Shown: positions 60,771 through 64,000 of the stretch, piece after piece
Layout: the number at the start of each line of letters is the position of its first letter
How positions within the stretch are numbered: the first letter of the stretch is position 1
DNA from: the human T2T-CHM13v2.0 reference genome, Homo sapiens
NCBI RefSeq assembly: GCF_009914755.1
Contig: NC_060944.1
DNA length: 64,000 bases
Direction: 5' to 3' (one strand)
Translations under genes and position numbers: made by a program
Notes under the pieces: model-generated
Told to the model about the DNA's origin: nothing
Seen by the model: the letters and a program-made list of their open reading frames with translations, nothing else
Databases searched by the model: none

Positions 60771-60974
60771 TGGAATAGGACAGGCCTGGCTTTGAAAAGA
60801 GAATCCACCCCTTCCCTCCCATTATGAGACCTTTGGAAAGCCACCCTCTCAACCCAGCTGCCCAACTGTAGAATGGTTATAATAGTTCCTGCTCAAGTGT
60901 TAGGAAGATTAAAGTCCTTGCACCGGTAAAATCTTTATGCACAGTATATCTAAAAACCTATGTATTAAAAGGTG

Positions 60975-61570
60975 CCGCACTACTTCCGGCCAAATATGGG
61001 ACCAACTTTAGTGCCCACTAGTGGATGAATGAATAGAGAAAACGTGGTATAGATACACCATGAAATATTATTGAGTCATCAAAAAGGATGAAATCCTGTC
61101 ACTGCAGCAACATGGATGGAAACGGAGGTCATTATGCTAAGTGAAATAAGCCAAGCACAGAATGACAAATATTGCACATTCTCACCCATATGTGGGCGCT
61201 AAGAACGTGGATCTCATAGAGGGGGAGAACAGAACGATGGTTACCAGAGCCTGGGAAGGGGATGGGGTTGGTGGGGATGAAAAGAGGTTGATACATGGGT
61301 ACAAAAATACAGTTGGAAGGAATGAGACCTAAGTCAGTAGAGTGAATACAGTAAACAATAATCTTCTGTATATTTCAAAGTAGCTGGTAGTGAATAATTC
61401 AAATGTTCCCAGCATAGAAAAAGACAAATGTTTAAGGTGATGGATATTTCAATTAAGGGTAATCAATCAGGGGATTTGATTATTATACCTTATATGAATG
61501 TATCAAAATATCACATATGTCCTGAAAATATGTATGTCTATTATGTGTCAATAAAAAATAATCTTTAAAA
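60975..61570 (+). mobile_element. L1MA-type 3' end
   Basis: gcaacatggatggaa..attatgctaagtgaaataagccaagcacag..tatcaaaatatcacat..ataaaaaata. Confidence 0.85.
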
Positions 61571-62159
61571 ATGTGTGGCACTGATGGTGTATTGTTATTT
61601 AAAGAAAGGAGAGGTTGGTGCAGACCAGAGTGGTCAGGGGAGGCTCCTTGTTGGAAATGACATTTAAGCTTGCTGTTAAAAGGGGAGCTCAGGGGCCGGG
61701 TGACGGCTCATGCCTATAATGCCAGCACTTTGGGAGGCCAAGACAGGGTTATTGCTTAAGGCCAGGAATTTGAGACCAGCCTAGACAACATAGCAAGGAG
61801 AGGTCAGGGTTGAATAAGCTGCAGATAGAGAAGAAGGAGGGGGAGAAGGGACAGAGAAGGGTCTGTGATAGGGAAGACAAACCCAACTGGCCTAGAGGGA
61901 GTGAGTTGTGGGAACGGAGGAACAGGTTAGGGGTGGGGCTGAATCCTGTAGGGCCAAGAGGCTTCCTCCCACTTCCCCCTGAAAGAAGTGGCAGGTGAGC
62001 TGGTAGCTGGCCCAGTCTGAGAAGCCAGTCATTGCAGGATTGCCATCCTGGGGAAATGTTCGTGTTCTGTAGCTATCAGCTGTCAGAAGGGATCAGAGAT
62101 TCCATCTGTGCTGACAACCCAGAACATGGCAGACCTGCTCCTCGTGCCTGAGAAAGATC

Positions 62160-62702
62160 TTGTAGTAACAGATCCTAAAAATACAATCCTTCAATCCTCC
62201 TTGTACCCACACCCTTTACCCAACTTCTCAGCTCCTCAAGCCAAAAAGTGGAGTCTAACTCCCTACTATTGAATCTGGGAGTCTGACTCCCTATTACTGA
62301 AGCTGGACTAACCTTGCAACTTGCTTTGGCCAAAAGAATATGGCGGGTGAGACACTGTGACAGTTGTCAACCTGGGGTCCTGCTTGTGCTCTTGAACCCC
62401 TGCAACTATCATATGAACAAGCCGGGGCCAGCTTGCTGGAGGATGGGAGACACATAGCCCAGTTGTCTCCATGGCCTGTGTCAGCAGTTAGCCAACCTCC
62501 AGATATGTGAGCTAGGACATTCTAGACTAGCCAACACATCAGCTGACCTCAGATCCATGAAAGAACCCAGCCAAGATCAGCCATACCTGGCGCAGACCAG
62601 AAAAACCATCTAACTAACCCACACACTCATATACACGAACCAATGTTTTAAGCCACTACATTTTGGGGGTGTTTTGTTATATAGCTAGAGCTAACTGATA
62701 CA
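62160..62702 (+). mobile_element. MLT1-type LTR
   Basis: tgtagta start, ttttaagccacta..ttgttatatagc..aactgataca end. Confidence 0.7.
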
Positions 62703-63723
62703 AGTCCCATGTGAAGCCTTAGAGTGTGGAGTATCTCCTGGTATCAAAAAGAACCTCCTATTTTATCTTTTAGAGAGCACCCTGAGTGGTATCCAGGCAT
62801 ACGATAATAGAAGGATCACTACCACTCACATGCAGAAACCAAGCGACTATAGTGGGCATGGGGTGGGGGAAGCAATAAAAGCTAAGCACTGAACAGAGTC
62901 ACTTTTAAAAAGTGCGACTCTGAGAAGAAGGAGGTAGGACAAAACCGTGACTGAATCTCAGAAGGTGAAACAAGACTTATCGATGGTATGACCAGCTGTA
63001 GGTGGCCTGGGTGATTTATTCCTGGAAACCTCGGAAAGAAAGCTGGCTCATGGAGATAAACCTTTAGCAAGTGTGTCTGGAAATAGATACATAAGTTTTG
63101 AATGTTTGGTGTTCTACATGAATGTGAATGTTTTATTCCGCACCATGGTTAATTCACTTTAGCCCCAGGAGGCTTTGGGGGTGCTAATACTTTACTAACA
63201 CCCCCAAAGCCTCCCAGGACTGAGATGAGGGGTGTTTTCTCTGTCTCAAAAGCGGAGAAACTTAACCAAAGAGGTTAACACAGCCATGATGATTTGGCTG
63301 GTGATTTCACTCTAAGTCTGTCTGGCACTGAAGCTGTGCCTGCTGTCTGCAGAGCCCCCATTGGTGGTGGGGAGCGGATCTGGTGATTCTGAGATGCTCT
63401 TGGGATCTCGAAGGGAGCACTGACCAAGGACAGACAGGTATCACAAGGGATGAGAAAGACTCATTGGAATGGTCATGGAAAGAGGACCATGATGCATTAA
63501 GGGGGAAGCAGTTTACTAAAAAAGAATCACTCTACAAATGTTTACTGAGCACCTACTATGTGCCTGGCACAGTTCTAGGTACAACAGAGAACAGGACAGA
63601 CAAAAACCATCATTCCTTAGGAGCTGACATTCTATGGATGAGGCAGAAAAGAAGGGTTAAATAAAATAAGTATTAATATGAATCATGAAATTGGCACTTT
63701 TTTGGCTGAAAGTAGCTGAATAG

Positions 63724-64000
<277 letters not shown>

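Overview
Primate (very likely human) genomic DNA that I recognise as the RRBP1/BANF2 locus (human chr20p12). A CpG island at ~130-1950 holds the promoter and non-coding first exon of RRBP1 on the - strand (donor at 1160/1159). The + strand carries the whole BANF2 gene (barrier-to-autointegration factor-like, BAF-L): coding exons 44170-44295 and 54807-54953 give 90 aa; an alternative first exon ending at 12860 adds MLRGTKE (97 aa); probable non-coding exons end at 19203 and lie at 41860-42022. The rest is intronic or intergenic and dominated by repeats: about 30 Alu/FLAM copies, L1M, L2, MIR, MaLR and ERVL LTRs, hAT/MER elements, microsatellites and two minisatellites. Nearly all ORF-track entries are spurious. 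I see no prokaryote-type or otherwise new gene system. The most interesting unexplained signals are a pri-miRNA-like hairpin at ~63154-63228, uORFs ending just before the start codon in two BANF2 leaders, a stop-free symmetric ATG exon bracketed by inverted Alus, a 65-bp non-repeat duplication near the last exon, and an intact MLT2A LTR downstream. Repeat family names are from recognition, not a database run, and repeat boundaries are approximate.
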